Below, piece after piece: positions 17,797 to 26,909 of a stretch of DNA of 33,539 bases. Location of the stretch: IMG/VR virus record IMGVR_UViG_3300020220_000189, positions 1 to 33,539 of that record, one strand, 5' to 3'. A model generated the notes under the pieces. That model was not told the DNA's origin. It saw only the letters and a program-made list of their open reading frames with translations, and ran no database searches. The stretch is from a virus (taxonomy: Duplodnaviria > Caudoviricetes). Position numbers and translations under genes: made by a program. Numbering within the stretch: the stretch's first letter is position 1; each line of letters opens with the position of its first letter.

Positions 17797-18702
17797 TCAG
17801 TCCTCCCAGATGATTGATCCGTTATGCTCGACACCGTCAAGGAGTCGCCCTGCAGCTTTTTTCCCGCAGCGAAACATCACTCCCGGCTTGCCTGGTTGCG
17901 GACGTTTAATCGTTTTGTGCGCCTCCCTTGTGTCGCACAAGCAATTCGGAGCCCACTCGCCCCACTGCTTAAAGTGGAAGGGCACGCCAGCCGACGCGCA
18001 TTGATCGCGCATCGATCGCGCCCAATCCGGGTGCATGGGCCTCGCCTTTGGCCCGCTCTCCCCGCCCATGATAACAAGGTCAATCCCATGCCCAATACTA
18101 TGGCCATTTTTAACAGGCTGATTGTTCATGTCTGACCAAAGTCCTCCACTTGTGCATAAATTCACCGGGCCGAGAGCAGGTTCGAAGCTCACAAAGCGTT
18201 TTGCGGCTGGCGTCTGCAAGAGCAGCGGAATCCGTTTATCTGCCGTTGCCTGATCCTCAATCGAAACACCAAGAGCAAGATTTGAGGGAGGTTTCCCCCA
18301 TGGGAAAATCCTCATGTATGACAGCATCTGTTTCGGTCTTTTTGTCAGGATCATATACCGATGCCACGATGCCGCTTTGATCGTCTCCATTACCTCATCG
18401 ATCCAGTCATCCAGAACTCTTTCGTGAAAAAGATCGCCCATGCTACAAACAAAGATTGTCCTGGGCTTCCTGGCTGTCAGAGGATTGAATTTCGGCTGCT
18501 TGCGAACCGTGAGCCCGTTCCAACCTGTTGGGGTTCCGTATCCATCGTCTTTCACCACGTTATTGTAATATTCCCCTGCAGTCCCAAACCTCTTAGCTAC
18601 TTTTTCAGCGTAGCAATTCGCACATCCTGACGATACTTTGGTGCACCCGATCACCGGGTTCCACGTCGCATCGCACCAGTTGATTTCCGTTTTCGCACCC
18701 AT
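17797..18702 (-). CDS. Gp37/Gp68 family (DUF5131) three-Cys, radical-SAM-like protein, copy 1
   Basis: WCDATWNPVIGCTKVSSGCANCYA, FVCSMGDLFH, LTKRP, SFEPALG, GGESGPKARPMHPDW, FHFKQWGE. Confidence 0.9.
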   Translation of the reverse strand: MGAKTEINWCDATWNPVIGCTKVSSGCANCYAEKVAKRFGTAGEYYNNVVKDDGYGTPTGWNGLTVRKQPKFNPLTARKPRTIFVCSMGDLFHERVLDDWIDEVMETIKAASWHRYMILTKRPKQMLSYMRIFPWGKPPSNLALGVSIEDQATADKRIPLLLQTPAAKRFVSFEPALGPVNLCTSGGLWSDMNNQPVKNGHSIGHGIDLVIMGGESGPKARPMHPDWARSMRDQCASAGVPFHFKQWGEWAPNCLCDTREAHKTIKRPQPGKPGVMFRCGKKAAGRLLDGVEHNGSIIWED

Positions 18703-18707
18703 AACCT

Positions 18708-20642
18708 CTACCTCCTCCGTCTGAATGTTAATTTTCGAACCAGCCTCAAACTTTTTTTCCTTTTCTCCTCAACAGGTTCCTCATGCGTAACATCCTGAAC
18801 CGGATCCTGCCCCGAAACAGCCTCATCAGGAGCTTTTCGGCGCCGAATCTTCCCCCACTTCGGTTTCAGCACCAATAACGCCGCATACGCATACACACGG
18901 GTATCCACGGCCTCGTTTCGCTCCCTGATCTTGGCCCACTGCATGATCCCCCCTACTTTCTTCTTCTCCTCGGCCGTCAGCATCATAAAATAGTTCTTGT
19001 CCCGGTCATGGGGGAAATGAGCGCTACCAGGATTCCCTGCCTCAATCTCTAACCTCCTCAGCACAACGTCCTTCACCTGGTTACCGTCAACCAGCCAAAG
19101 CTTCTGCCGGCTTTTACCGACCCTCGACTCTTTCACCACACCTTCAACCCGCTGGGACGCGCCTTTCACAGAAATAATCTTGTGCACCCGCGCCGCCTGC
19201 CGAACCCACCGATAAACCACATGTGAATCAACTCCTTCCGTATTCTTCTTATCTGTCGGGTTATATCCGGTATCAACCGCCATCATATCCACCGAAATCA
19301 CAACCCCGTCCTCACGTACCCAATGCTGATCCATTACGGAAAAAAGCTGGTCAAACGTCGAAATCAGCTCCGTGTTTCCCCGGAGAACCGAATACTCCAA
19401 GGACCAGTTTTCCCCATCCGAAGCCCAGGCGATAACCTCAACCTCCAGCCGATCGCCCTGCACGTCAACCCCACAGGTAATAATTTCAGCCTTCAGCGGC
19501 AACCTTTCGGGGAACCGTTCCCGGCGGCCCATGAGGGGCTCATCATCAATTCTTCCGCCCTTCTCTTCCCACAACTCGGCCAAACCCGTATTCGTGAAAA
19601 CCTGCATCCGATCCGGATACCCGACCGAATGCAAAAACTCTGCGGCCGTCTCTGCCCAGGTAACAAAAGGAGAGTACGCCTGCCACAGGTGAAACCCCTG
19701 TCTTTCCCGGATTTTCGGGTACTTCGCCCGCCACTCTCCGGCCTGCACCATTTCATGTTTCCAGTCATGTTCAATCACCGCGCCACACAGCTCGCAAACG
19801 AAATACGCATGAATGTGAGCAGCAATCGCCTTCCGCTTATAATCAAACTCATCATCACCGTCAGCCGTCAAGGCCTGTATAGCCTCCTTGTCGTACTCAA
19901 ACTTCAGGTTCGGAAACTTCAGGGTCTGCATGCCGTTGCAATGTGGGCAAGGAACAAACCGGCGTTTCTGGTTTGTTTCCATGTACGCCGGGTAAATCCG
20001 CGATGCGCCCCTCGTCGTCGGAGAGCTCACCAAAATGATTTTCCGGTCCGAATAGCTTGTCGTTCTCTTGCGCGCTAACATCAGGATATCACCCTCACCC
20101 CTTACCAGCTTACCCCATCGGTCTATTTCATCGCCAACCAGAATCCTTATCGGGTAGCTGCTCAACGATGCCGGAGAATTTGCGCCGGCAAGAATGATGA
20201 ACCCTCCAGGAATCCGCTTGAACCTCATTGAGTTATCAGCGTTTCGTGTCCCGTGCCTTCCAAGAAGCGATTGCAAAGGCGGCGTCTTTTCAAACATCGG
20301 GTCAAGGCGGCCCTTGCTCATGTTATTCGCCATCTCAATCATCGGAAGCACCCACATCATATGGCAAGGCTCCCGATGAGCAAACCGGCCAAGAGTATTC
20401 AAGATCAACTCCGTTTTTCCGGTCTGCACGGACCACATCAGAACAACCTCTTCAACGAACGGATCGGAAATGGCGTCCATCGGCTCCCGCTGGTACTCCG
20501 CCATAGAAACGTAATACTTTCCCCTCTCCGTATATCGATACTCATCAGTCCACTCAGAAACCGTTTCGAGTGGAGGAGGAAGCAAATCCATCAACAACTC
20601 CCCAGCCCGAGCATCAATCGCTGCAGCACTCAAATAACTCAC
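18708..20642 (-). CDS. terL: Terminase large subunit, lambda gpA family
   Basis: VQTGKTE Walker A, DEIDRW Walker B, SSPT, CPHC/CELC, GVDVQGDRLE, RNEAVDTRVYA; GTG start after GAAGGAGG preferred over 20732. Confidence 0.93.
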   Translation of the reverse strand: MSYLSAAAIDARAGELLMDLLPPPLETVSEWTDEYRYTERGKYYVSMAEYQREPMDAISDPFVEEVVLMWSVQTGKTELILNTLGRFAHREPCHMMWVLPMIEMANNMSKGRLDPMFEKTPPLQSLLGRHGTRNADNSMRFKRIPGGFIILAGANSPASLSSYPIRILVGDEIDRWGKLVRGEGDILMLARKRTTSYSDRKIILVSSPTTRGASRIYPAYMETNQKRRFVPCPHCNGMQTLKFPNLKFEYDKEAIQALTADGDDEFDYKRKAIAAHIHAYFVCELCGAVIEHDWKHEMVQAGEWRAKYPKIRERQGFHLWQAYSPFVTWAETAAEFLHSVGYPDRMQVFTNTGLAELWEEKGGRIDDEPLMGRRERFPERLPLKAEIITCGVDVQGDRLEVEVIAWASDGENWSLEYSVLRGNTELISTFDQLFSVMDQHWVREDGVVISVDMMAVDTGYNPTDKKNTEGVDSHVVYRWVRQAARVHKIISVKGASQRVEGVVKESRVGKSRQKLWLVDGNQVKDVVLRRLEIEAGNPGSAHFPHDRDKNYFMMLTAEEKKKVGGIMQWAKIRERNEAVDTRVYAYAALLVLKPKWGKIRRRKAPDEAVSGQDPVQDVTHEEPVEEKRKKSLRLVRKLTFRRRR

Positions 20643-20694
20643 GCATCCTCCTTCAAAGCCAAATCTGCAAATACGTCCATGTTGTGAATCGTGA

Positions 20695-21156
20695 TCATTC
20701 TTCACCTCCTTCGCTTTCTTCGCTTTTTGCAAGCTCTGTCAGTGCATCATTCATTTCTCGTCGATAAATTATTTCCTTCTCTCTAGGTTCATGAGGCAGC
20801 TTTATCAGGGACAATCTCCGTGGAAGCCGCAAAAGCTTTTCCCTCATATTCAGTACCCTGTCACGATACTTCTCATGCATCACCTCCATTTCTCCATATC
20901 GACCCTGCGCAACAGCCAGTTTATGTTCTGCCATATCTGCCTGAGCCCGCTTCAGTCGCAACTCTTCGTGATCGATCGAATTCAATTCTTCCTGTTTTGA
21001 TCGGATCATAAAGTCGATATAAGCCTGCACATTTTCAGCAACCGGATAAGCCCCCCGTTTCGCCTTCAAAAACACCCCGTCGGTAACCAACTGCTGCACC
21101 CTACGGGAAGAAATCCCTATGATATCAGCAAGTTCTTTAACCGTTACCTCTTTCAT
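20695..21156 (-). CDS. terS: Terminase small subunit (Nu1-like)
   Basis: N-terminal wHTH (ELADIIGISSRRVQQL) plus coiled coil; upstream of terL. Confidence 0.85.
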   Translation of the reverse strand: MKEVTVKELADIIGISSRRVQQLVTDGVFLKAKRGAYPVAENVQAYIDFMIRSKQEELNSIDHEELRLKRAQADMAEHKLAVAQGRYGEMEVMHEKYRDRVLNMREKLLRLPRRLSLIKLPHEPREKEIIYRREMNDALTELAKSEESEGGEE

Positions 21157-21204
21157 TATAAAACGATAAAGTGAAACCGAAACACTTCGAAAACAATGTC
21201 ACGC

Positions 21205-21260
21205 TAAAAAAACCGCGCGGCACGAAACCATTCATATCCTACAGAGGCCAGGAAGGACCC
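21205..21260 (-). other. Putative lambda-like cos region (cosQ plus cosN)
   Basis: GGGTCCT (identical to lambda cosQ) followed 34 nt later by CGCGCGGTTTT, similar to lambda spacing, just upstream of terS. Confidence 0.6.
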
Positions 21261-21287
21261 GCGCTTCATGTATCATAATGAGACATA

Positions 21288-21530
21288 TTAGAGAGATAGA
21301 AGCCTTTGAATAGTCTCGACAATCTTCCGGTGTTCGGCGTCCTGAAGGTGTTCAATGACGGCGGCCTTTCGCTGTATCTTGTTGTTGAGCTCAGCGCGGT
21401 CTTTTTGCAGACGGTAGATCTCACGCTGAAGATCGATAACCCTCTGCTTAAGCTGCTCCGTCGTCATCAGATCAATCTCTGATGCTTTAACCGTTTTAGC
21501 CAAACACGCTATTCCTCTTGTTTTGCTCAT
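21288..21530 (-). CDS. Coiled-coil hypothetical protein (80 aa)
   Basis: Start moved to MSKTRG to avoid overlap with upstream gene. Confidence 0.6.
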   Translation of the reverse strand: MSKTRGIACLAKTVKASEIDLMTTEQLKQRVIDLQREIYRLQKDRAELNNKIQRKAAVIEHLQDAEHRKIVETIQRLLSL

Positions 21531-21532
21531 AG

Positions 21533-22072
21533 TCAATCTTTCCAGTCTTTGCCTTGCTCCTTCGGCTCGGTTGTCGTAATGCTGTACATCTCGGCGTCTA
21601 CCCTCCGGATGAACCGAACCGGCTTCGGCCCTGCAGACCGACACCCACTCACCCCTTCAATCCTCGCTATCGCAAAGTCCGACCACCTCGCTGCACCATC
21701 GTCGTGCAGTTTCTGTATCTCAGATCCTGTATACAGTTTTGCGCGCCTATCGTAGCTGATAAACGCGCCTATTGGCGGCTCTTTACCCCATGCTACATGC
21801 TGTTTTACAACCTGCTTCACCGCGTCCTGCCCCCGCTGTTCAGTGAACTGTTCGTCGATCATCATCTCGATCAACAGCATGGCTTTGGCCGGGCTCATCT
21901 CAGGGAATGCAACAGCTACCCTTGTAGCGAGTTCCTTCCCTATCGACTTGTCCAGCACACGACCGGTGTAAACCGACAGTTCATTCGTTTCAGGCAGGAA
22001 TCTTGGGGTTTCGATCAATCCAATCGAAAATGTCCTGGAGCTTGTCTGGAGTAATGCCTCTCTGCTGTCCAT
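21533..22072 (-). CDS. Hypothetical protein downstream of the initiator (possible helicase loader)
   Basis: Position only. Confidence 0.55.
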   Translation of the reverse strand: MDSREALLQTSSRTFSIGLIETPRFLPETNELSVYTGRVLDKSIGKELATRVAVAFPEMSPAKAMLLIEMMIDEQFTEQRGQDAVKQVVKQHVAWGKEPPIGAFISYDRRAKLYTGSEIQKLHDDGAARWSDFAIARIEGVSGCRSAGPKPVRFIRRVDAEMYSITTTEPKEQGKDWKD

Positions 22073-22910
22073 TTTGTTGCCGTGCTTGCTGTTGATGATA
22101 TTCCGCTTTAAACCTGTCGATGAACATCTGCCCGTTCTTGTCTCGCTGCCGGAGCTTCAGCGGTGTGAGGAAGTTCCGGCTCCAGAAGGGGTCACCTCGA
22201 GCCCAGGCTATAACTTCGCTCAACTCCTTCACATCGGAACGATTATCCGTCTCACGCAGATGGTACCACACTAACGCCCACTGCTCAACTTCTGATGGCG
22301 TTCCGCGAATTGTTGACGGCTTCATATCCCGAGCAAACCACTCAGCGAAAGCCTCAGACTCAGCTCGATATGGAGAGTCAAGAAACTTTTTTGGTAGCGC
22401 GCTTTTTGGCGCTGGATTTTCAGTCTCACGTTCCAGCTCCTCTCTCTCTCTTATAGGTTCCTTTTCCCTTCCTATTCCCTTCCTATTCCCTTCCCTTCCT
22501 GCAATCCCTATTGCTTCCCCATTGCTTCCCCGTTGCTTCCCTGCCTCTTCACCCGCTTTTATTGGCGGTTGCGGGTGCTTCTCAGGGTCTTGAGCCTCCT
22601 TTCCGCCAATCCGCTGATGCTCTACAAAACTGTCAATAACACCGTACTCTCGACCATCGACGGAATAACGCCGCACAAACCCTGCGGACTCCAGGATGCC
22701 CAGCATATCCGCCATATCAAAATGGAGAAACGGCAGAATATCAAGCTTTAGTAATCGAGGCCGCCACTCGAAACGCCCTAATTTATCGCAATGGCCCCAT
22801 AACCCCTGAAAAACCAGCATAACCTCTGCGCCGTGCTCAAGGGCAAGATCCTGAAGCTTTTCGTGCCGGAAGAACTCCGGTTTAATTGTTCTGATTCGAG
22901 CCATTTTCAC
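21990..22910 (-). CDS. Phage replication initiator protein
   Basis: MARIRTIKPEFF N-terminus, low-complexity linker, W...DPFW..N.L.P.KLR C-terminal domain. Confidence 0.8.
   Translation of the reverse strand: MKMARIRTIKPEFFRHEKLQDLALEHGAEVMLVFQGLWGHCDKLGRFEWRPRLLKLDILPFLHFDMADMLGILESAGFVRRYSVDGREYGVIDSFVEHQRIGGKEAQDPEKHPQPPIKAGEEAGKQRGSNGEAIGIAGREGNRKGIGREKEPIREREELERETENPAPKSALPKKFLDSPYRAESEAFAEWFARDMKPSTIRGTPSEVEQWALVWYHLRETDNRSDVKELSEVIAWARGDPFWSRNFLTPLKLRQRDKNGQMFIDRFKAEYHQQQARQQNGQQRGITPDKLQDIFDWIDRNPKIPA
22464..22543. repeat. Iteron-like 11-bp tandem repeats (candidate origin) inside the initiator gene
   Basis: TTCCCTTCCTA x2 plus an imperfect third (22464-22496); TTGCTTCCCnn x3 (22511-22543). 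Confidence 0.55.
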
Positions 22911-23308
22911 GAATTAATCCGATTACCGCCAAACAAACCACTATCCTCATCAAAGCACCGATAATTCCAGCCACGGCCATCACGGGCAAGTTTTGGCCAA
23001 ACAATCATCATCCGGAAAGGAAACCTCTCTGCAACAATCTTTGCCTTTATCACCACCTTTTCCTCTATCACTCCTGCAGACCCCTTGACCTCATGGATTT
23101 CGAGAACACCATCCATACCGAGAACCATAAAATCGGCTTTGTAATAAACCCCTTCAGCAATGCGAATATTAAATGGCTCATGCCAGTACTCAAGGATATG
23201 ACCTGATTTCTTGAGCATCTGAAGATAATCCCGATATCGGCTTTCGGTGCCTGTAAGCTCCCCGTTCTTACGCTTCGCCTTTGCGTAATAAGCTCGCCGG
23301 CCACTCAT
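22907..23308 (-). CDS. PD-(D/E)xK endonuclease (DUF1064-like)
   Basis: E..Y...L, YKADF....(E)IHEVKG; ATGA coupling with the methyltransferase. Confidence 0.7.
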   Translation of the reverse strand: MSGRRAYYAKAKRKNGELTGTESRYRDYLQMLKKSGHILEYWHEPFNIRIAEGVYYKADFMVLGMDGVLEIHEVKGSAGVIEEKVVIKAKIVAERFPFRMMIVWPKLARDGRGWNYRCFDEDSGLFGGNRINS

Positions 23309-24921
23309 GCAACACAACTCCTTTCCACGGCCATCTCGGGCACGTTCACAGCAACCAGCGCGGAAGCAAGAGGAGGGGGAACACTGTTACCACACATGCG
23401 CACCTGAGCGGTTTTCGTCAAAATCATGCCTTGCTCCGGACGGTCGCCGATGATGTAGTCATCCGGAAACCCTTGAGCCCTGAAAAGCTCCCTCGGCGCA
23501 AGCATCCTCATCCCTATATCTGTGATTGAGTGTTCTTGCCCATCAACCGTTACCAGCCCGAACTGGTCACGCGATGTGACGGTATGCAGAGGCTCAGAGA
23601 GCTCCACCCCGTCCTGCTCGTTGCCGTAATACTTGACCAGAAAAGCCCTGACCTCTGCGAAGTAAGTCCCTCCTGCGCTGATTGTTCGCAGCGGCTCATC
23701 TGTCGCCTGTCCGACGTTATTGCCGCGCATCTTGATCAAATTGCTGGTAACCAATGCAGACTTTCCGCCGCCTCCGGCTGTAATCGTCCCCAAAGGGTCA
23801 CTTGCTGGATGTCCAATAGATGACCCGTAATCTCTTTTTATGTGAGCAGCGACCAGGCTGTGATGGTCAACGCTGGTCACAGTCCCGATGGGCTGTTCCA
23901 GTTCAGAACCAACCACTCCGGAATAGTGCTTTGCGAGAAAGGCCGTCACGAGTGCATGATGCCCGACGTTGACCTGTGCACAGATGGTACTGAGGGGCTC
24001 GTCAGCCGACCAGCTCCGTGGATTCGATGCGTTGGCGTGTTCGGTTATGACCGGGGACACAAGCGCCATCTCTCCACGGTGTGCCGCCGTGATGGTTGGA
24101 AGGGGTTGCTCTATACCATACCGCCGCTCCGCGCCGTGATGCGTCAACGGGACAATAAAAGGCTCCGCAGCATTGACCACGTACCGCATGATCCCTTTGG
24201 CTATCCTGCGGCACGTCGCATCTGCCAGTGGTCTCGACCGCTCAAAAATAGACGGACAAGGTAATGACCAGTCAATGCATTCAGCCGCAGTTCTGTATGG
24301 TTTTTTGCCGGGCCCATGCGTAGGTTCCGGCCACACAACCGGCATCCCGTCGCGCCTGGCTATGAGAAAAAGGCGCTTCCGGATTGTCGGAGCCCCATAG
24401 TCGCATGCGCGTAATTCTCGCCATTCGACATAATAACCTTGGCGATTCAGGGCGTTTCTGAACGCCTTGAACTCACGCCCTTTGTTTTTTTTGCACGGAC
24501 GCCCGTCAGGGGCTATCGGGCCCCAAGTCAAAAACTCCTCGACGTTTTCGAGCATGATCACTCTCGGCTGCCTCGTTGCAGCCCACCGCAGGGCAACCCA
24601 TGCAAGTCCCCTGATGCCTTTTTCGACCGGTTTCCCGCCCTTCGCCTTGGAGAAATGCTTACAGTCTGGAGAAAGCCAGAGTAACCCGATCGATCTCCCC
24701 GGCATCACAGTGCGAGGATCGACGTTCCATACACTCTCACAATAATGCTGTGTTTCTGGATGATTCGCCGTATGTAGGGCGATGGCTTCCGGATCGTGAT
24801 TGATCGCTACGGTAACACGTCTACCAAGTGCCATTTCTATACCGGTTGATGCGCCTCCACCACCGGCGAAATTGTCTACGATGATTTCGTTATCAATATC
24901 AAGCCTGAGCTGCTTTGTCAT
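23305..24921 (-). CDS. DNA (cytosine-5)-methyltransferase, orphan, with long repetitive variable region
   Basis: FAGGGG motif I, SPDCKHFS motif IV, ENVEEF, R.RLF, C-terminal GNSVPP; several P..T(I/V) repeats. Confidence 0.92.
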   Translation of the reverse strand: MTKQLRLDIDNEIIVDNFAGGGGASTGIEMALGRRVTVAINHDPEAIALHTANHPETQHYCESVWNVDPRTVMPGRSIGLLWLSPDCKHFSKAKGGKPVEKGIRGLAWVALRWAATRQPRVIMLENVEEFLTWGPIAPDGRPCKKNKGREFKAFRNALNRQGYYVEWRELRACDYGAPTIRKRLFLIARRDGMPVVWPEPTHGPGKKPYRTAAECIDWSLPCPSIFERSRPLADATCRRIAKGIMRYVVNAAEPFIVPLTHHGAERRYGIEQPLPTITAAHRGEMALVSPVITEHANASNPRSWSADEPLSTICAQVNVGHHALVTAFLAKHYSGVVGSELEQPIGTVTSVDHHSLVAAHIKRDYGSSIGHPASDPLGTITAGGGGKSALVTSNLIKMRGNNVGQATDEPLRTISAGGTYFAEVRAFLVKYYGNEQDGVELSEPLHTVTSRDQFGLVTVDGQEHSITDIGMRMLAPRELFRAQGFPDDYIIGDRPEQGMILTKTAQVRMCGNSVPPPLASALVAVNVPEMAVERSCVA

Positions 24922-25937
24922 CTCGATATCCCCCAATCAATCGTACCGTTATGCTCGACACCGTCAAGGAGTCGTCCGGAGTTTTTTTTGCCGACGCGCC
25001 ACACAAAGCCATCATGGCCTGGGCCGTGCTTGAAAACGGCATCAGTGACCATATCCACTTCACAAGGATTAATAGGGCACGGAGCAAACTCTCCCCATTG
25101 CTTAAAGTGGAAGGGCACGCCAGCCGACGCGCATTGATCGCGCATCGATCGCGCCCAATCTGGATGCATTGGCCGCGCCTTCGGGCCGCTCTCCCCGCCC
25201 ATTATTACGAGGTCGAGAAGCTGTATCATCCATGGCGGGCAATTGCCGTGTCGTACACAATCCTCTGTTTCGCATGAATGAGGCGCCGGCCTCTGAAGGT
25301 CGATTTTCCCCAATGAAGGCTCATAGCTCACACCCCGATATGCGACCGGAGTCTCAAGCAGGTCGGGAATCAGTCGATCAGCGTCAGCCTGAGTGCTTAT
25401 CGATGCCAAAAAAGCAACATGAGGAAATACCGGTTTCTTGGGGTCGATTGGTTTCATTCCCGGCTTGAGTTTCGGATACTCGTTCCTGATGAAAGCGAGT
25501 TGGACCAGATCACTCCAATACTGACTAATTCGGTGATATCGTCCTGGCGTCGTCAGATATACTCTCATTCTGTCCGTTCGTTTCGTCAGGATCAGATAAC
25601 GATGCCAGTGAGCCGCGCAAATAGCCGCAAAAATCTTATCGATCCATTCATCCGGAATGTTCGGGTGAAAGAGGTCAAAAAGACTGTTTGCGAAAATCGT
25701 TTTCGGTGTCCGCCATTTCAGCGGGATGATCAGCCTTTCGGGCATGAAGCGGACATTCCCGTCCCAGTTCTCGACAGCTCTTGATGTCTCTCCAAGCTTG
25801 TTCTGATGACCAGCAAAGCGATGTACCCACCGTTTCGCATAACAGTTATCACAACCCTTATTCCCTGGAGCCGGAGAACACCCGTAAACAGCGTTCCATG
25901 TAGCTTCAGCCCAGGTTATGTCCGTAGTCGCGCCCAT
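24918..25937 (-). CDS. Gp37/Gp68 family (DUF5131) three-Cys protein, copy 2
   Basis: WAEATWNAVYGCSPAPGNKGCDNCYA, DLFH, LTKR, SYEPSLG, GGESGPKARPMHPDW, FKQWGE. Confidence 0.9.
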   Translation of the reverse strand: MGATTDITWAEATWNAVYGCSPAPGNKGCDNCYAKRWVHRFAGHQNKLGETSRAVENWDGNVRFMPERLIIPLKWRTPKTIFANSLFDLFHPNIPDEWIDKIFAAICAAHWHRYLILTKRTDRMRVYLTTPGRYHRISQYWSDLVQLAFIRNEYPKLKPGMKPIDPKKPVFPHVAFLASISTQADADRLIPDLLETPVAYRGVSYEPSLGKIDLQRPAPHSCETEDCVRHGNCPPWMIQLLDLVIMGGESGPKARPMHPDWARSMRDQCASAGVPFHFKQWGEFAPCPINPCEVDMVTDAVFKHGPGHDGFVWRVGKKNSGRLLDGVEHNGTIDWGISR

Positions 25938-25979
25938 ATCTCATCCGGTTTGTTATTGATACTCATTGCCAATTCATCA

Positions 25980-26357
25980 TCATGGGTGTTCGCCCAAATA
26001 GGCTATCTTCCCCCGATGCCGATCTTCTCCGAAGATCTCTTCCTGAAAGTCGTCAAGCTCCATCGGCTTGATACCCACAACCTCCCCGGTGTCCTTCCGT
26101 ATGGTTCGTATCTTCCGGTCACCGTAATCTTTATGCTCAATGACTTCTACAGCCCTGAGTTCGTGGCCTTCACGGATAATCTTCGCTGTCGTCTTTGCAT
26201 CAAGATCTTTTTCCGAAATCCTCTTTTTATAGTCAGCACTGACAACCTTCTGCTCCTCTTGCAGGCTGGTGACCTCATCGATCAGCCCCGATAACTGCCT
26301 GGCTTTCTCAAGCTTCTCTTCGTCGGTCAGTTTGACCGGTAAAATCTGCTTCAGCAT
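25980..26357 (-). CDS. Hypothetical coiled-coil protein
   Basis: CAGGAG RBS before MLKQILPVKLTDEE. Confidence 0.65.
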   Translation of the reverse strand: MLKQILPVKLTDEEKLEKARQLSGLIDEVTSLQEEQKVVSADYKKRISEKDLDAKTTAKIIREGHELRAVEVIEHKDYGDRKIRTIRKDTGEVVGIKPMELDDFQEEIFGEDRHRGKIAYLGEHP

Positions 26358-26361
26358 TGTC

Positions 26362-26574
26362 TCATTCTCCTGAGTTGTGGTTTTTGTTGTGCTCATTGCA
26401 AATATCGATCGCATCATCTATGCTTGTTGCCGTACCGATATACCTGTCTTTCTCGTCATGGTCTACCTGCTCAATCGCGTATATCCGTCTGTCACTCGTG
26501 CATCTCCAATTCCCTGTAACCCGCTTGAATTTCGGCATGGGCAGCTTCTTTATGTGTGGTTTCGTTGACATCAA
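26362..26574 (-). CDS. Hypothetical protein
   Basis: Coupled in early operon. Confidence 0.55.
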   Translation of the reverse strand: MMSTKPHIKKLPMPKFKRVTGNWRCTSDRRIYAIEQVDHDEKDRYIGTATSIDDAIDICNEHNKNHNSGE

Positions 26575-26909
26575 AAAAGGTTCAGCTGTCCTTGATCCTC
26601 TTTATCGGATTCATCTATAAGACCGACATCGTTGATCCATGATTCGCGGGCAACAATAAGTGGCGCATTGAGCAACTTTTCCACCTTCGACTGATCATGC
26701 AGGATTTGACCGTAGGCTATGCTTCTGCAAGTAGCCATAATCTCCGGCGTAACCCTGCTGGTATCGAGGTAATAGTATTCATCCTTCTTTACCGTCGGGA
26801 TCCCGACCGGAAAAATGTTCCTGATTTTTTCATGGTGATGGGATAGGCTTACCCCCTTTCTCCATTTCAGCGTTACACTTTTCATCCTGTTAACCCGCCA
26901 TTTTTTCAA
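26571..26909 (-). CDS. Hypothetical protein
   Basis: In early operon; ends Q.NLF; start uncertain. Confidence 0.55.
   Translation of the reverse strand: MKKWRVNRMKSVTLKWRKGVSLSHHHEKIRNIFPVGIPTVKKDEYYYLDTSRVTPEIMATCRSIAYGQILHDQSKVEKLLNAPLIVARESWINDVGLIDESDKEDQGQLNLF

Noticed and set aside
22437-22550. CRISPR array
   Set aside because: Repeats are 11-bp tandem units without spacers, inside a CDS; no cas genes
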